This document shows, in pieces, positions 56,279 through 64,000 of a DNA stretch of 64,000 bases (position 1 is the stretch's first letter; every line of letters starts with the position of its first letter). The notes under the pieces were generated by a model. The model did no database searches, had not been told where the DNA came from, and saw only the letters and a program-made list of their open reading frames with translations. Origin of the DNA: Halieaceae bacterium. Lineage in GTDB: Bacteria > Pseudomonadota > Gammaproteobacteria > Pseudomonadales > Halieaceae. The translations under genes were made by a program, and so were the position numbers. The stretch lies in the NCBI GenBank assembly GCA_026710905.1, contig JAPOQD010000059.1:2021-66020 (forward strand). Direction: 5' to 3'.

Positions 56279-57322
56279 ATGGCAACTGCTTGGCCAAGTG
56301 GTGCCGACTCCGAGCGGCGCCACGCTGTGAAAACGGACATCAAGCTGGGGTTTGTGCTTTCGCCCAGCTTTACATTGCTTCCCTTTGCGGGTTTCCTGGA
56401 CACTCTGCGCCGTTTTACCGGTGAGGGCGGCCAGGGCCGTCAGACACACTGCAGGTGGGCGGTACTGGGCGCTGATCTGAAGCCCATCCAGTCAAGTTTA
56501 GGCGTGGCCATAGCCCCTTGGCGAACCTATGGTGACCCGGCGGAATTTGACTACATCGTTATCGTCGGTGGCCTCACCTCGGACTTCGGGCTCCATTCTC
56601 CGGAAACTTTCGACTTCCTACGGCTGGCAGCAAGTATGCGGGTTCCCGTCGTCGGGCTGGGTACGGGCAGCTTTGCCATGGCTGAGGCGGGACTATTGCG
56701 CGGTCGGCGATGCGCCGTGCATGTCCGGCATCGGGAGGAGTTCACCACGCTCTATCCCGAGGCCAGGATCATTCTTAACGATCTGTTCGTGTTCGACGAC
56801 GAGGCGATCACCTGTGTCGGCGGAGTGGCCGTCCTTGACTTGGCGATTGAACTCGTCATGCGGCAAAGCAATCGTGTGCGGGCGCTCGATGGCTTGGTGG
56901 ACCAGCCGGTCGATGAGCATCTCACCATCGGTCACCAGCCGAACATACCCTATGAGGAACTCCTGAACTGCGGAAGTTGGCGCGTTGAGCGGGCAGTTGG
57001 CCTGATGCAGAGCGACCTCTCGAAAAACGTGTCAATTCAATGCATTGCGCAGCGGCTGGGAACCAGCGTGAGCCAGCTCGAACGGGACTTCGCCAAGCAC
57101 TCGGAACTCCCTCCGGCAGTCGTTTGGCGCCGAATACGCCTCGGGCAAGCGAAACTGCTACTGCAGAACAGCCAATTCAGCGTCAGCGGTATAGCCCATG
57201 AATGCGGCTTCGCCGACAGTTCCCATCTGACCCGATGGTTCAAACGCGTGTTCGGGGAGACCCCCAGCGAATTCCGCCGGGCCAGGAAAACGAGCCAATC
57301 CGTAATCGACATGACGGAATAG
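56279..57322 (+). CDS. AraC-family regulator with DJ-1/PfpI-like (GlxA-type) N-domain
   Basis: IKLGFVLSPSFTLLPFAGFLDTLR...IVIVGGL N-domain. C-terminal HTH IAHECGFADSSHLTRWFKRVFGETPSEFRR. Divergent from the oxidase gene. Confidence 0.85.
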   Translation: MATAWPSGADSERRHAVKTDIKLGFVLSPSFTLLPFAGFLDTLRRFTGEGGQGRQTHCRWAVLGADLKPIQSSLGVAIAPWRTYGDPAEFDYIVIVGGLTSDFGLHSPETFDFLRLAASMRVPVVGLGTGSFAMAEAGLLRGRRCAVHVRHREEFTTLYPEARIILNDLFVFDDEAITCVGGVAVLDLAIELVMRQSNRVRALDGLVDQPVDEHLTIGHQPNIPYEELLNCGSWRVERAVGLMQSDLSKNVSIQCIAQRLGTSVSQLERDFAKHSELPPAVVWRRIRLGQAKLLLQNSQFSVSGIAHECGFADSSHLTRWFKRVFGETPSEFRRARKTSQSVIDMTE

Positions 57323-57825
57323 TGCTGCTTAGAATGCCGAGATGAAACCGGCGTACGGCACCGTACCATACTAGCGCAAATCCCGGTACGAATAGCAGGC
57401 TGCGCGATTCGCGATCCATTACTGCCAGGTTATTCAAAAATGACCTCGGATGAACTTGTGATTTGTCAGAAGCGTTTCCTATTTTCCATGGCGCTCGGGA
57501 TCGCTTCCGGTGAGGTGGTGTAGAGGGGACTGATTGTGAAACCGGCAAACCCTGAGAGAACGCTACGACTGTCTGGCAAGGCAGCAAAATGATAGGTTCC
57601 TGGTGCTGCTAGCCGGTGGCATGGTAAACCGCGAAAACATAACGGCAGGTTATAGGCACAATAATCACATCCCGCTTATTCCGATGGAAATCTGCGGTTA
57701 AGCTGCTCAGCAGTCAGGCTGATGCACTCTCCAGACTGTGTAGGAAAGAATGTCGTGCGAGCTTGGCGGGGCGCAGCAACCTGAAGAGAATTCTTGTGAC
57801 CTCCCCTTTTTTCGGGAAAAGGGCC

Positions 57826-58743
57826 ATGCCAGCGAGTCGTGAATTTCAGAACATGATCAAAATGATTCCACCGGGACTGAATGCGCCGGAGGACGATGTG
57901 GCCGCCGTACGCCAGAAGATGGCGTCCATGCATGGGCACCCGATTCAGAACGGTACCGAGGTATCCTATACGAATTGTGGTTCTGTAAAAGCTAAATGGC
58001 TGCAAGCGGCTGGAACCTCATCGGATCGACATGCCCTGTTTTGTCATGGTGGCGGCTTTGTCTCCTGTAACATGGATGACTACCTGTTTTACGGCGAGTA
58101 CATCTCCCGCTATTTCAATTGCCGGGTGTTGATTCCCGATTATCGCCTGGCCCCGGAAAGTCGCTTTCCCGCCGCCCTGGAAGACTGCTTCAGCGCTTAC
58201 GTGGCGATGCTGGATGAAGGAATTGATCCGGCGAGCATCCTCGTAACCGGTGATTCCTGCGGCGGTGGACTGGCGCTCGCCACCATGTTGAAGGCGCGTA
58301 CGGAGGGTCTGCCCCTGCCGGCCTGTTATGTGGGCACGACGGCTTGGTATGACCTGTTGTTGCGGGGAGATTCGGCTCGCAACCCCGGTGGCCCCGAACC
58401 CTTTATCACGCCGGGTTGGTACCGGGCACGGGTGGAGGATTACCTGGGTGGCGCCAATGCCGCCGATCCCCTGGCGTCCCCGGTCTATGCCGATTGTACC
58501 GGACTGCCCCCACTATTGTTGCAGGTGGGTGGCGCGGATATTACCCGAGACAGTGCGGTGGATATGGCGCGCGCGGCGGGCATGTGCGGTGTGGCGGTTG
58601 AGTTACAGATCTGGCCCGATATGTGCCACGGTTGGCATGGTCTGGTAAGCAGCGGAATTCCGGAAAGCCTGGCTGCCTGGGAATCGGCGGGCCGGTTTGT
58701 GGATGCCCATCTGGGGAAGCGTCCCTCGAATAAGCGGCGTTGA
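57826..58743 (+). CDS. alpha/beta hydrolase, hormone-sensitive-lipase-type esterase
   Basis: CHGGGF oxyanion motif and GDSCGGGLA nucleophile elbow. Paralog of 48370-49275. Confidence 0.88.
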   Translation: MPASREFQNMIKMIPPGLNAPEDDVAAVRQKMASMHGHPIQNGTEVSYTNCGSVKAKWLQAAGTSSDRHALFCHGGGFVSCNMDDYLFYGEYISRYFNCRVLIPDYRLAPESRFPAALEDCFSAYVAMLDEGIDPASILVTGDSCGGGLALATMLKARTEGLPLPACYVGTTAWYDLLLRGDSARNPGGPEPFITPGWYRARVEDYLGGANAADPLASPVYADCTGLPPLLLQVGGADITRDSAVDMARAAGMCGVAVELQIWPDMCHGWHGLVSSGIPESLAAWESAGRFVDAHLGKRPSNKRR

Positions 58744-58752
58744 GCGGGCTCG

Positions 58753-59655
58753 TCAGAGGGCTTGCTGTTCTTTGTTATAGTTTTCCTGGCAGTACTCCAC
58801 AAAGAACTCCAGGAAATTGCGTTCCTGCACACCCAGCCGTTCCTTGGACTGGAAGATGATGTACAGGGGCAGCGCGGGGAAATCGAACTCGTAGTCAAGC
58901 TTTACCAGGCGGCCCTGCTCAAGGGGTTTCCTGGCCATGTAGTAGGGCAGAATTGCGACCCCCATGCCGCGCTCTACGGCGTTGATGATCATGGTGTCGT
59001 CGTTGGCAGTGAGTTTGGTCTTGAGGTTGGTGGGCAGTTGCTCGTGCATCATCCACTTCATCCAGTGTTCCATGTTGTCGGTCCAGTAGCTGACAAACAA
59101 TTGCTGGTCGACAAAATCCTCCAGTTCCTTGGGAAGCTCATTGTTCTCGACATAATCCGGGGACGCGTAGAAAGCGTAGTGGGAGTCCATGGCCTTGCGG
59201 GCGATGGCTGAACTGTCCCGCAGGTCTCCCTCGCGAATATAGAGGTCGTAGTCCAGGCCGATGGAATCCTTGTAGTGGGTCTCCGCCTTGATCTTGTAGT
59301 TCAACCTGTTGCCAGCGGCCCCGTAGGCATCGATCACATCCAGGAGCACTGTGTGGGCGATGGGGATGGTGCAGGAGATTTTCAGGCGCCCGGTATCCGA
59401 GGCGACGGCGCGGCGCACCTCGCGCTGGGCGCTGTCGATGAGGCCGACAATTTCCTTGACCCGTTTGTAATACAGTTCGCCGGCATGGGTCAGCTTGATC
59501 TGCCGGGTGGAGCGGCGAAACAGCGTTACCTCCATGGACTTTTCCATACGGTCGATCTGCTTGCTCACCGCCGGCTGGGTGATGCCCAGGCTCTCGGCCG
59601 CCTTGCTGAAACTGCCGCATTCGACCACGGCCAGGAAAACTTCGAAATTGGTCAT
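58753..59655 (-). CDS. LysR-family transcriptional regulator
   Basis: MTNFEVFLAVVECGSFSKAAESLGITQPAVSKQIDRMEKSMEVTLFRR. Divergent from the SDR pair. Confidence 0.9.
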   Translation of the reverse strand: MTNFEVFLAVVECGSFSKAAESLGITQPAVSKQIDRMEKSMEVTLFRRSTRQIKLTHAGELYYKRVKEIVGLIDSAQREVRRAVASDTGRLKISCTIPIAHTVLLDVIDAYGAAGNRLNYKIKAETHYKDSIGLDYDLYIREGDLRDSSAIARKAMDSHYAFYASPDYVENNELPKELEDFVDQQLFVSYWTDNMEHWMKWMMHEQLPTNLKTKLTANDDTMIINAVERGMGVAILPYYMARKPLEQGRLVKLDYEFDFPALPLYIIFQSKERLGVQERNFLEFFVEYCQENYNKEQQAL

Positions 59656-59777
59656 AGCTCTGCTGCGCTCTTGTATGAGCATTTGTTATGGCTGCTATTT
59701 GATTCTTCCATTTACTCCGGCGCAAGTCGACACCTATTATGTACAGGCCTGAATAATCACATCGGGAGATTGTATCC

Positions 59778-60620
59778 ATGGCCGCAAAGATTGCGCTGGT
59801 AACCGGAGCCAGTCGCGGAATTGGCAAGGTTTGTGCCTTGGAACTGGCGCGAGCCGGTTACGATGTCGCGGTAGCTGCGCGGACCCTGCCCGAAGGCGAG
59901 GGTGAGGTGACCACCCCCTACGCCGATGATCTCAGGAAACTGGCCGTGGCCGGCAGCGTGGAGAAGACGGTTGAGGAGATTCGCGTTCTGGGCCGTGAGG
60001 CCCTGCCGCTGCGGCTCGACCTGCTGGATCGGAAATCCATCGAGGCGGCCTTTGAGCAACTGATCCGGACCTGGGGGCGGATCGACGTGCTGGTCAATAA
60101 CGGGGCCTACCAGGGGCCCGGATTGATGTACCGTTTCCTGGAACTGGAGGTGGAGCAACTGGAAACCTCCGTGGTGGCAAATTCTGTCAACCAGTTTCAT
60201 CTGACCCGGCTGGTGCTGCCGACCATGATCGAACAGGGTGGGGGCGCCGTATTCAATATGACATCCCATGCGGGTATGGTGCCGCCCCCTGCGCCCACCG
60301 GTGAGGGGGGCTGGGGTTATGCCCACGCCGCGGCGCAGGGGGCGTTCCACCGGATGGTAGGTGTCCTCAATGTCGAACATGGCAGGAACGGCATCCGCGC
60401 CTATAACCTGGAACCCGGGTTCACGAAGACCGAGGCCCTGGCCACGGTATTGGGCAATGACGATGGTGGGCTGGATATTCTCAACCTCGCCATTGAGCCC
60501 CAGGTTACCGCCGACGTGATGGCTTGGCTGGAAGCTCAGGACAGCGAGGGCAGGTATTGCGGTGATATCAGCACGCCGACGTTTTTTGCAGAGAACGATA
60601 TTTCCACGACTGAGAATTGA
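59778..60620 (+). CDS. short-chain dehydrogenase/reductase (SDR)
   Basis: 280 aa. TGASRGIG and NNGA motifs. Confidence 0.9.
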   Translation: MAAKIALVTGASRGIGKVCALELARAGYDVAVAARTLPEGEGEVTTPYADDLRKLAVAGSVEKTVEEIRVLGREALPLRLDLLDRKSIEAAFEQLIRTWGRIDVLVNNGAYQGPGLMYRFLELEVEQLETSVVANSVNQFHLTRLVLPTMIEQGGGAVFNMTSHAGMVPPPAPTGEGGWGYAHAAAQGAFHRMVGVLNVEHGRNGIRAYNLEPGFTKTEALATVLGNDDGGLDILNLAIEPQVTADVMAWLEAQDSEGRYCGDISTPTFFAENDISTTEN

Positions 60621-60653
60621 TTCTGACATCATTCATTTTTTGAGGGCATTGTC

Positions 60654-61409
60654 ATGAAAGAACTCGAATCGAAAGTCGCCATTGTCACCGGTGCGGGCCA
60701 GGGTGTGGGCCAGGGCATCGCATTCGCCCTGGCAGACCTGGGCGCCAGCGTGGTGTGTGTCGGGCGCACCCTGTCCAAGCTGGAAGACAGCGTGGCTGAG
60801 ATAGAGAGTCGGGGCGCAAAAGGTCTGGCGTTCAAGTGCGACGTCAATGACCTTGCCAGCCTGGAAGCCTGCGTGGCTGCGGCCGTGGAGACATTCGGCG
60901 GTGTCAATATCCTGGTGAACAACGCCCAGGAGGTACCCCTGGGTGCATTACACGAAGTCAGCGACGAGGCGTTTACCCGTGGTTTTACCTCCGGGCCCCT
61001 GGCCACCCATCGCCTGATGAAACTTTGTTATCCCTATTTAAAGGGTGATGGCTCGATCATCAACCTGGCCAGTACCGCGGGACGGCGTTGGGATATGTCC
61101 ACCTACGGCGCCTACGGCGCGGTCAAGGAAGCCATCCGCTGCCTGACCCGGGCTGCGGCCTGCGAGTGGGGCAAAGACAATATCCGCACCAATGTCATCC
61201 TGCCCCACGCCACATCCCCGGGCCTGAAATGGTGGATCGAAAACAAGCCCGAGGAAGCGGCTGAGTTCATGGCCAGCATTCCCATGCAGCGCATCGGCGA
61301 CTGCGAAGAGGACATCGGCCGGTTCGTGGCCCGCTTGTGTACAGCAGACTGCGGTTATGTGAACGGGCAGAGTATCGCCCTGGACGGCGGCCAGGGTTTC
61401 ATCGGCTAG
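60654..61409 (+). CDS. short-chain dehydrogenase/reductase (SDR)
   Basis: 251 aa. TGAGQGVG, NNAQ and YGAVK motifs. Confidence 0.9.
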   Translation: MKELESKVAIVTGAGQGVGQGIAFALADLGASVVCVGRTLSKLEDSVAEIESRGAKGLAFKCDVNDLASLEACVAAAVETFGGVNILVNNAQEVPLGALHEVSDEAFTRGFTSGPLATHRLMKLCYPYLKGDGSIINLASTAGRRWDMSTYGAYGAVKEAIRCLTRAAACEWGKDNIRTNVILPHATSPGLKWWIENKPEEAAEFMASIPMQRIGDCEEDIGRFVARLCTADCGYVNGQSIALDGGQGFIG

Positions 61410-61420
61410 GATTAGCCCGC

Positions 61421-61858
61421 ATGCCCCTGTCAGTAGAAACCGTTAAACCGGAGCGGCCCCTGAGAGTCAGTGATATCGAGGCGTGGGATCTGGAGGCCGA
61501 TGTGGTCGTGGTGGGCCTGGGCGGTGCGGGAGTATGCGCCGCCCTGGAGGCAGGCCGCGTCGGCGCCGAAGTGCTGGTGCTGGAAGCGGCCAGCGCAGGC
61601 GGCGGCACCACGGCCCTGGCCGGTGGGCAGATTTACTTGGGGGGCGGCACCTCGGTACAGGAGGCCTGTGGATTCGAGGATGATGCAGAGGAAATGTACA
61701 AGTACCTCGTGGCCGCCGCAGGTGACAACGCCGACAAGGACAAGATTCGGGTGTACTGCGAGACCAGCGTCGAGCACTTCAACTGGCTAGTGGAGCAGGG
61801 CCTCAGCTTTCGCAGTGAGTTCGTTGATCGCAAGTTGCCCATGTTGGGACAGCAGTGA
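61421..61858 (+). pseudogene. KstD-like FAD-dependent oxidoreductase, N-terminal ~145 aa only (copy 3, truncated)
   Basis: DVVVVGLGGAGVCAALEAGRVGAEVLVLEAASAGGGTTALAGGQIYLGGG...EEMYKYL...VEHFNWLVEQGLSF parallels the first quarter of 25717-27408 and 34097-35788. The frame ends at 61858, where unrelated AT-richer DNA begins. Confidence 0.7.
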
Positions 61859-62138
61859 CTGTAGCTGAAAAAAACGCTCGATTTTGTAGTGCCTCTTACT
61901 TACATTTTTCCAATGTGACGGTCTGTTAGCTCTGTCACTACTGAGTCTCGCTCCTACTCGTTTCCTACTGCATGACATCGCCCGATTCGGGCATTCAACT
62001 CAACGCATAATCACACCATCACATCCAGTGCCTGCAACGGATTGGCCCGCGCCTTTCGCTATGCTACCGTGTGATCCGTTTCCCGTTGGTGCACGCTCTG
62101 GTCTTAGACGGTTTATAGGCAATTAAGTAAGTTCGTGG

Positions 62139-62166
62139 TACAATTTCTGCGTTAATTCACAGAAAT
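62139..62166 (+). promoter_or_regulatory. promoter/operator candidate for the AbiEi gene
   Basis: Extended -10 TGgTACAAT (62136-62144) overlaps the inverted repeat ATTTCTG-N10-CAGAAAT (62143-62166), 9 nt before the ATG. Confidence 0.4.
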
Positions 62167-62174
62167 CGTGAACT

Positions 62175-62978
62175 ATGAAAAAACTTTCACACAACGCTGG
62201 GCTAGGTTTGGCCAACGAACTGATTGCCAACGGCAAGATTTATTTCACATTTAGCGACGCTCGGCGGCGACTGGGTCGGTCCGCTGCGGCTACAGGCAAC
62301 CTCCTGAAGCGCATGGAATCTGCGGGGCTAATCGATCGCGTACGCCGTGGCCACTACGTGGTTCGCCAACTTGGTGTGCTCGGCACACCGTCGGTGGCGG
62401 AGGAGGTTGCACTAGCCGTTGGCGCAGCATTTACCGGCACCCCTCATCGTATGGGCTATCGAACAGCACTGGATGAGCACGATCTGATCGTCCACCCTGC
62501 CCGATCAATCACTGTCGCAACGCCGAAGCAGGTCCGCACAAGGGCGCTGTCCGGCCGACCATTGCAGATAGTTAAGGAACCCGAATCTCATATCCTCATC
62601 GGGGCAATTCCGTGCGGCTCGACCTGGGTGTCCGATAGAGAAAGAGCTTTATTGGATGCAGCAACGCGACCCAAGTTGGTTGGCGGCTCCGCGGTACTCG
62701 CTGAGGCGATTGCAACAGCCGAAAACGAGATCGATGTTGACAAGCTCACGCATTACGCCAAGCAACTGAACTGGGCAGCCGCAATTCGCCGCATTGGTTC
62801 GATCGCCGATGCACTTGAATTGCAGAACTTGGCGAATCGAATAAGGCCACTTAAGCCCATCACCAGTGATCTAGACCTCGAGCCTGGTGTGACGCAGCCG
62901 CTCGCATGGAGAGACGCCCGATGGCGCGTGCGATGGCTGCAAGTTCCCGATGAACTGGCTAACGTGGTGCGACAATGA
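62175..62978 (+). CDS. abiEi: AbiEi-family (type IV toxin-antitoxin) antitoxin / transcriptional regulator
   Basis: 267 aa. N-terminal winged-helix LIANGKIYFTFSDARRRLGRSAAATGNLLKRMESAGLIDRVRRGHYVV is the typical AbiEi_4 pattern as I recall it. Confidence 0.65.
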   Translation: MKKLSHNAGLGLANELIANGKIYFTFSDARRRLGRSAAATGNLLKRMESAGLIDRVRRGHYVVRQLGVLGTPSVAEEVALAVGAAFTGTPHRMGYRTALDEHDLIVHPARSITVATPKQVRTRALSGRPLQIVKEPESHILIGAIPCGSTWVSDRERALLDAATRPKLVGGSAVLAEAIATAENEIDVDKLTHYAKQLNWAAAIRRIGSIADALELQNLANRIRPLKPITSDLDLEPGVTQPLAWRDARWRVRWLQVPDELANVVRQ

Positions 62979-62980
62979 TC

Positions 62981-63219
62981 ACCGTGGCATCCATTACCCA
63001 GCGCGCGGCCTGAAGGTTGAGGACATGGACAAAAGTGATTGGGTCTACCGCAAGTTGCGCAACTTTCGCGCCGGTATCGAGGCCGGGGTTTCCTGGCTGA
63101 AACGCGCCTATGGTCTGGCCCGCTGCACCTGGAAGGGTCTGTCGCACTTCAATGCCTATGTGTGGTCACAGGTGGTGGCGCACAATTTGTCTCTGTATGC
63201 ACGGTTGGTACCCATATGA
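62981..63219 (+). mobile_element. IS4/IS5-superfamily DDE transposase, C-terminal tail only
   Basis: YRKLRNFRAGIEAGVSWLKRAYGLARCTWKGLSHFNAYVWSQVVAHNLSLYARL fits the IS5-type C-terminus (R.R.E..F...KR.FG....RYKGL........A.NL). No upstream catalytic domain. Confidence 0.55.
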
Positions 63220-63712
63220 CAAGGTAAAGCCAAGGTAGTGGCAATGCGGGGTGGCGTCCTCGGGAACTGCCGTACCTGCATTGCGGTGAGAAGCGGAAAA
63301 ACCTGGCAAAACTGACCGGGAAATGAAAAAGTCAATCGACTGAATGATCGTCGACGGGTATACCTACCGGAAAGTTGAGAAAGACAGCTGAAAAATCAGT
63401 TGTTTATGGACGAACACCAATTAACATACTGATAAAAGGAGTATTTATGGATTCAGAGAGACGGTTTGACGCTGGCCTGTTCGGTGAGACTCGGGTTGAC
63501 TGTTGACTTGTTCCATACAAGCTTGCGCAGCAAATAGATCAAGGCTTCAAAGTCGCTCTCACTGCTCGCTTTCACCAATCTTTCTCGTTACATAGTCACT
63601 ACTTTGCGCCTCGAACGATAGGAGAAAGCACTTGTGATATCGGCTTTTCGCTAGCGTGAATTTCTACGGCGCAGGCTCCTGGCCCCGGTGAATACGAAAC
63701 CTGTTTGGAGAA

Positions 63713-63726
63713 TAGACAATGATGTA
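63713..63726 (+). promoter_or_regulatory. possible operator half-match, TAGACAATGATGTA
   Basis: Overlaps the ATG of the SMP-30-like gene. The first half-site is perfect and the second is weak. Confidence 0.3.
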
Positions 63727-64000
63727 TCAACTGAAAACCCTTACCAGTGACCCGGACTTTGGTGAGGGACCGCGCTGGCGCAATGACAAACTCTGGTTCT
63801 CTGATGTAAAGGCCGAAAAAGTCAAAACTGTCGACATCGATGGCAATGTAGAAGTTGTGCTGAACCATGTCGAAGGCCGGCCCAGCGGTTTGGGTTGGTT
63901 GCCCGACGACTCGATGGTAGTGGTATCCATGGATAAGCATCAGGTCATGAAGGTGGACAATGATGAGCTCACCATGCTGGCGGATACCTCCCATATTAGC
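63719..64000 (+). CDS. SMP-30/gluconolactonase/LRE-like protein (N-terminal part; runs off the right edge)
   Basis: Not in the ORF track because there is no stop in the window. GGAG SD, then MMYQLKTLTSDPDFGEGPRWRNDKLWFSDVKAEKVKTVDIDGNVEVVLNHVEGRPSGLGWLPDDSMVVVSM. I read 94 stop-free codons by hand. Confidence 0.7.
   Translation, partial: MMYQLKTLTSDPDFGEGPRWRNDKLWFSDVKAEKVKTVDIDGNVEVVLNHVEGRPSGLGWLPDDSMVVVSMDKHQVMKVDNDELTMLADTSHIS

Noticed and set aside
57520-57590. A stretch with GAGGGGAC...CCCTGAGAGAAC...CTGTCTGGCAAGGCAGC faintly resembles a TPP riboswitch (CUGAGA box).
   Set aside because: The expected helices (P2/P3 pairing, and ACCC...ACCUGAUCUGG geometry) do not form. The downstream gene is an esterase with no thiamine link. 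This is probably chance.
63447-63503. 18-codon mini-ORF (MDSERRFDAGLFGETRVDC) with a strong AAGGAG SD, in the non-coding stretch after the IS tail.
   Set aside because: It is too short to evaluate, with no recognisable leader-peptide or attenuator structure and no conservation evidence available.
63599-63994. 131-aa minus-strand ORF at the right end.
   Set aside because: The opposite strand encodes a clear SMP-30/gluconolactonase-like N-terminus (GEGPRW...LWFSD...PSGLGWLPD) with an SD. The minus ORF is its shadow.
1-64000. Looked for CRISPR arrays, rRNA genes, long tandem repeats and integron or prophage structures.
   Set aside because: None was seen. The only repeats found are the short operator motif and paralogous genes. 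An exhaustive repeat search was not possible by eye.

Overview
GC-rich segment from a Gram-negative bacterial chromosome, judged from a TonB-dependent receptor, a Tat signal and PQQ/MFS genes. I had no tools, so every call rests on reading the translations and the DNA by eye, and family names come from motif recall, not searches. About 52 kb (1.9-53.9 kb) is one dense catabolic super-island for a hydrophobic, probably polycyclic or isoprenoid, carboxylate-forming substrate. It holds 7 short-chain dehydrogenases (2 more lie at 59.8-61.4 kb), 2 cytochrome P450s plus a P450 remnant, and 2 Rieske oxygenase alpha subunits, each preceded by the same small unknown protein. It also has 2 [2Fe-2S] ferredoxins, 2 KstD-like flavoproteins (a truncated third copy lies at 61.4 kb), a Baeyer-Villiger monooxygenase, an LLM flavin oxidoreductase and a PQQ dehydrogenase. 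The rest comprises an enoyl-CoA hydratase, 2 acyl-CoA synthetases, a family III CoA-transferase carrying an in-frame TAA, a BKACE/DUF849 enzyme, esterases, VOC/cupin/NTF2-like proteins, a GST, an MFS transporter and 3 TetR regulators. Two things stand out. (1) A 14-bp inverted repeat, TAGACA-N2-TGT(C/T)(T/G)A, recurs in at least 14 intergenic regions, including the promoters of two paralogous TetR genes. It looks like the operator of one very large regulon. (2) A block at 30.2-43.8 kb carries two tandem LuxE-like/LuxC-like pairs (fatty-acid-reductase type) with no luciferase genes. They flank a TonB-dependent receptor and a KstD-like flavoprotein and are followed by an aldo/keto reductase and the CoA-transferase. 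The island edges and the right-hand 10 kb are littered with mobile-DNA scars: an IS256-type transposase remnant, a tRNA 3'-end fragment next to a ParA stub, an IS5-like transposase tail that appears to have replaced the toxin partner of an AbiEi antitoxin, and several 5' or 3' gene stubs. The right-hand part also has a lower-GC patch encoding a Tat-exported class-II-cholesterol-oxidase-like flavoenzyme with an AraC/GlxA regulator. I saw no rRNA gene, intact tRNA gene or CRISPR array.
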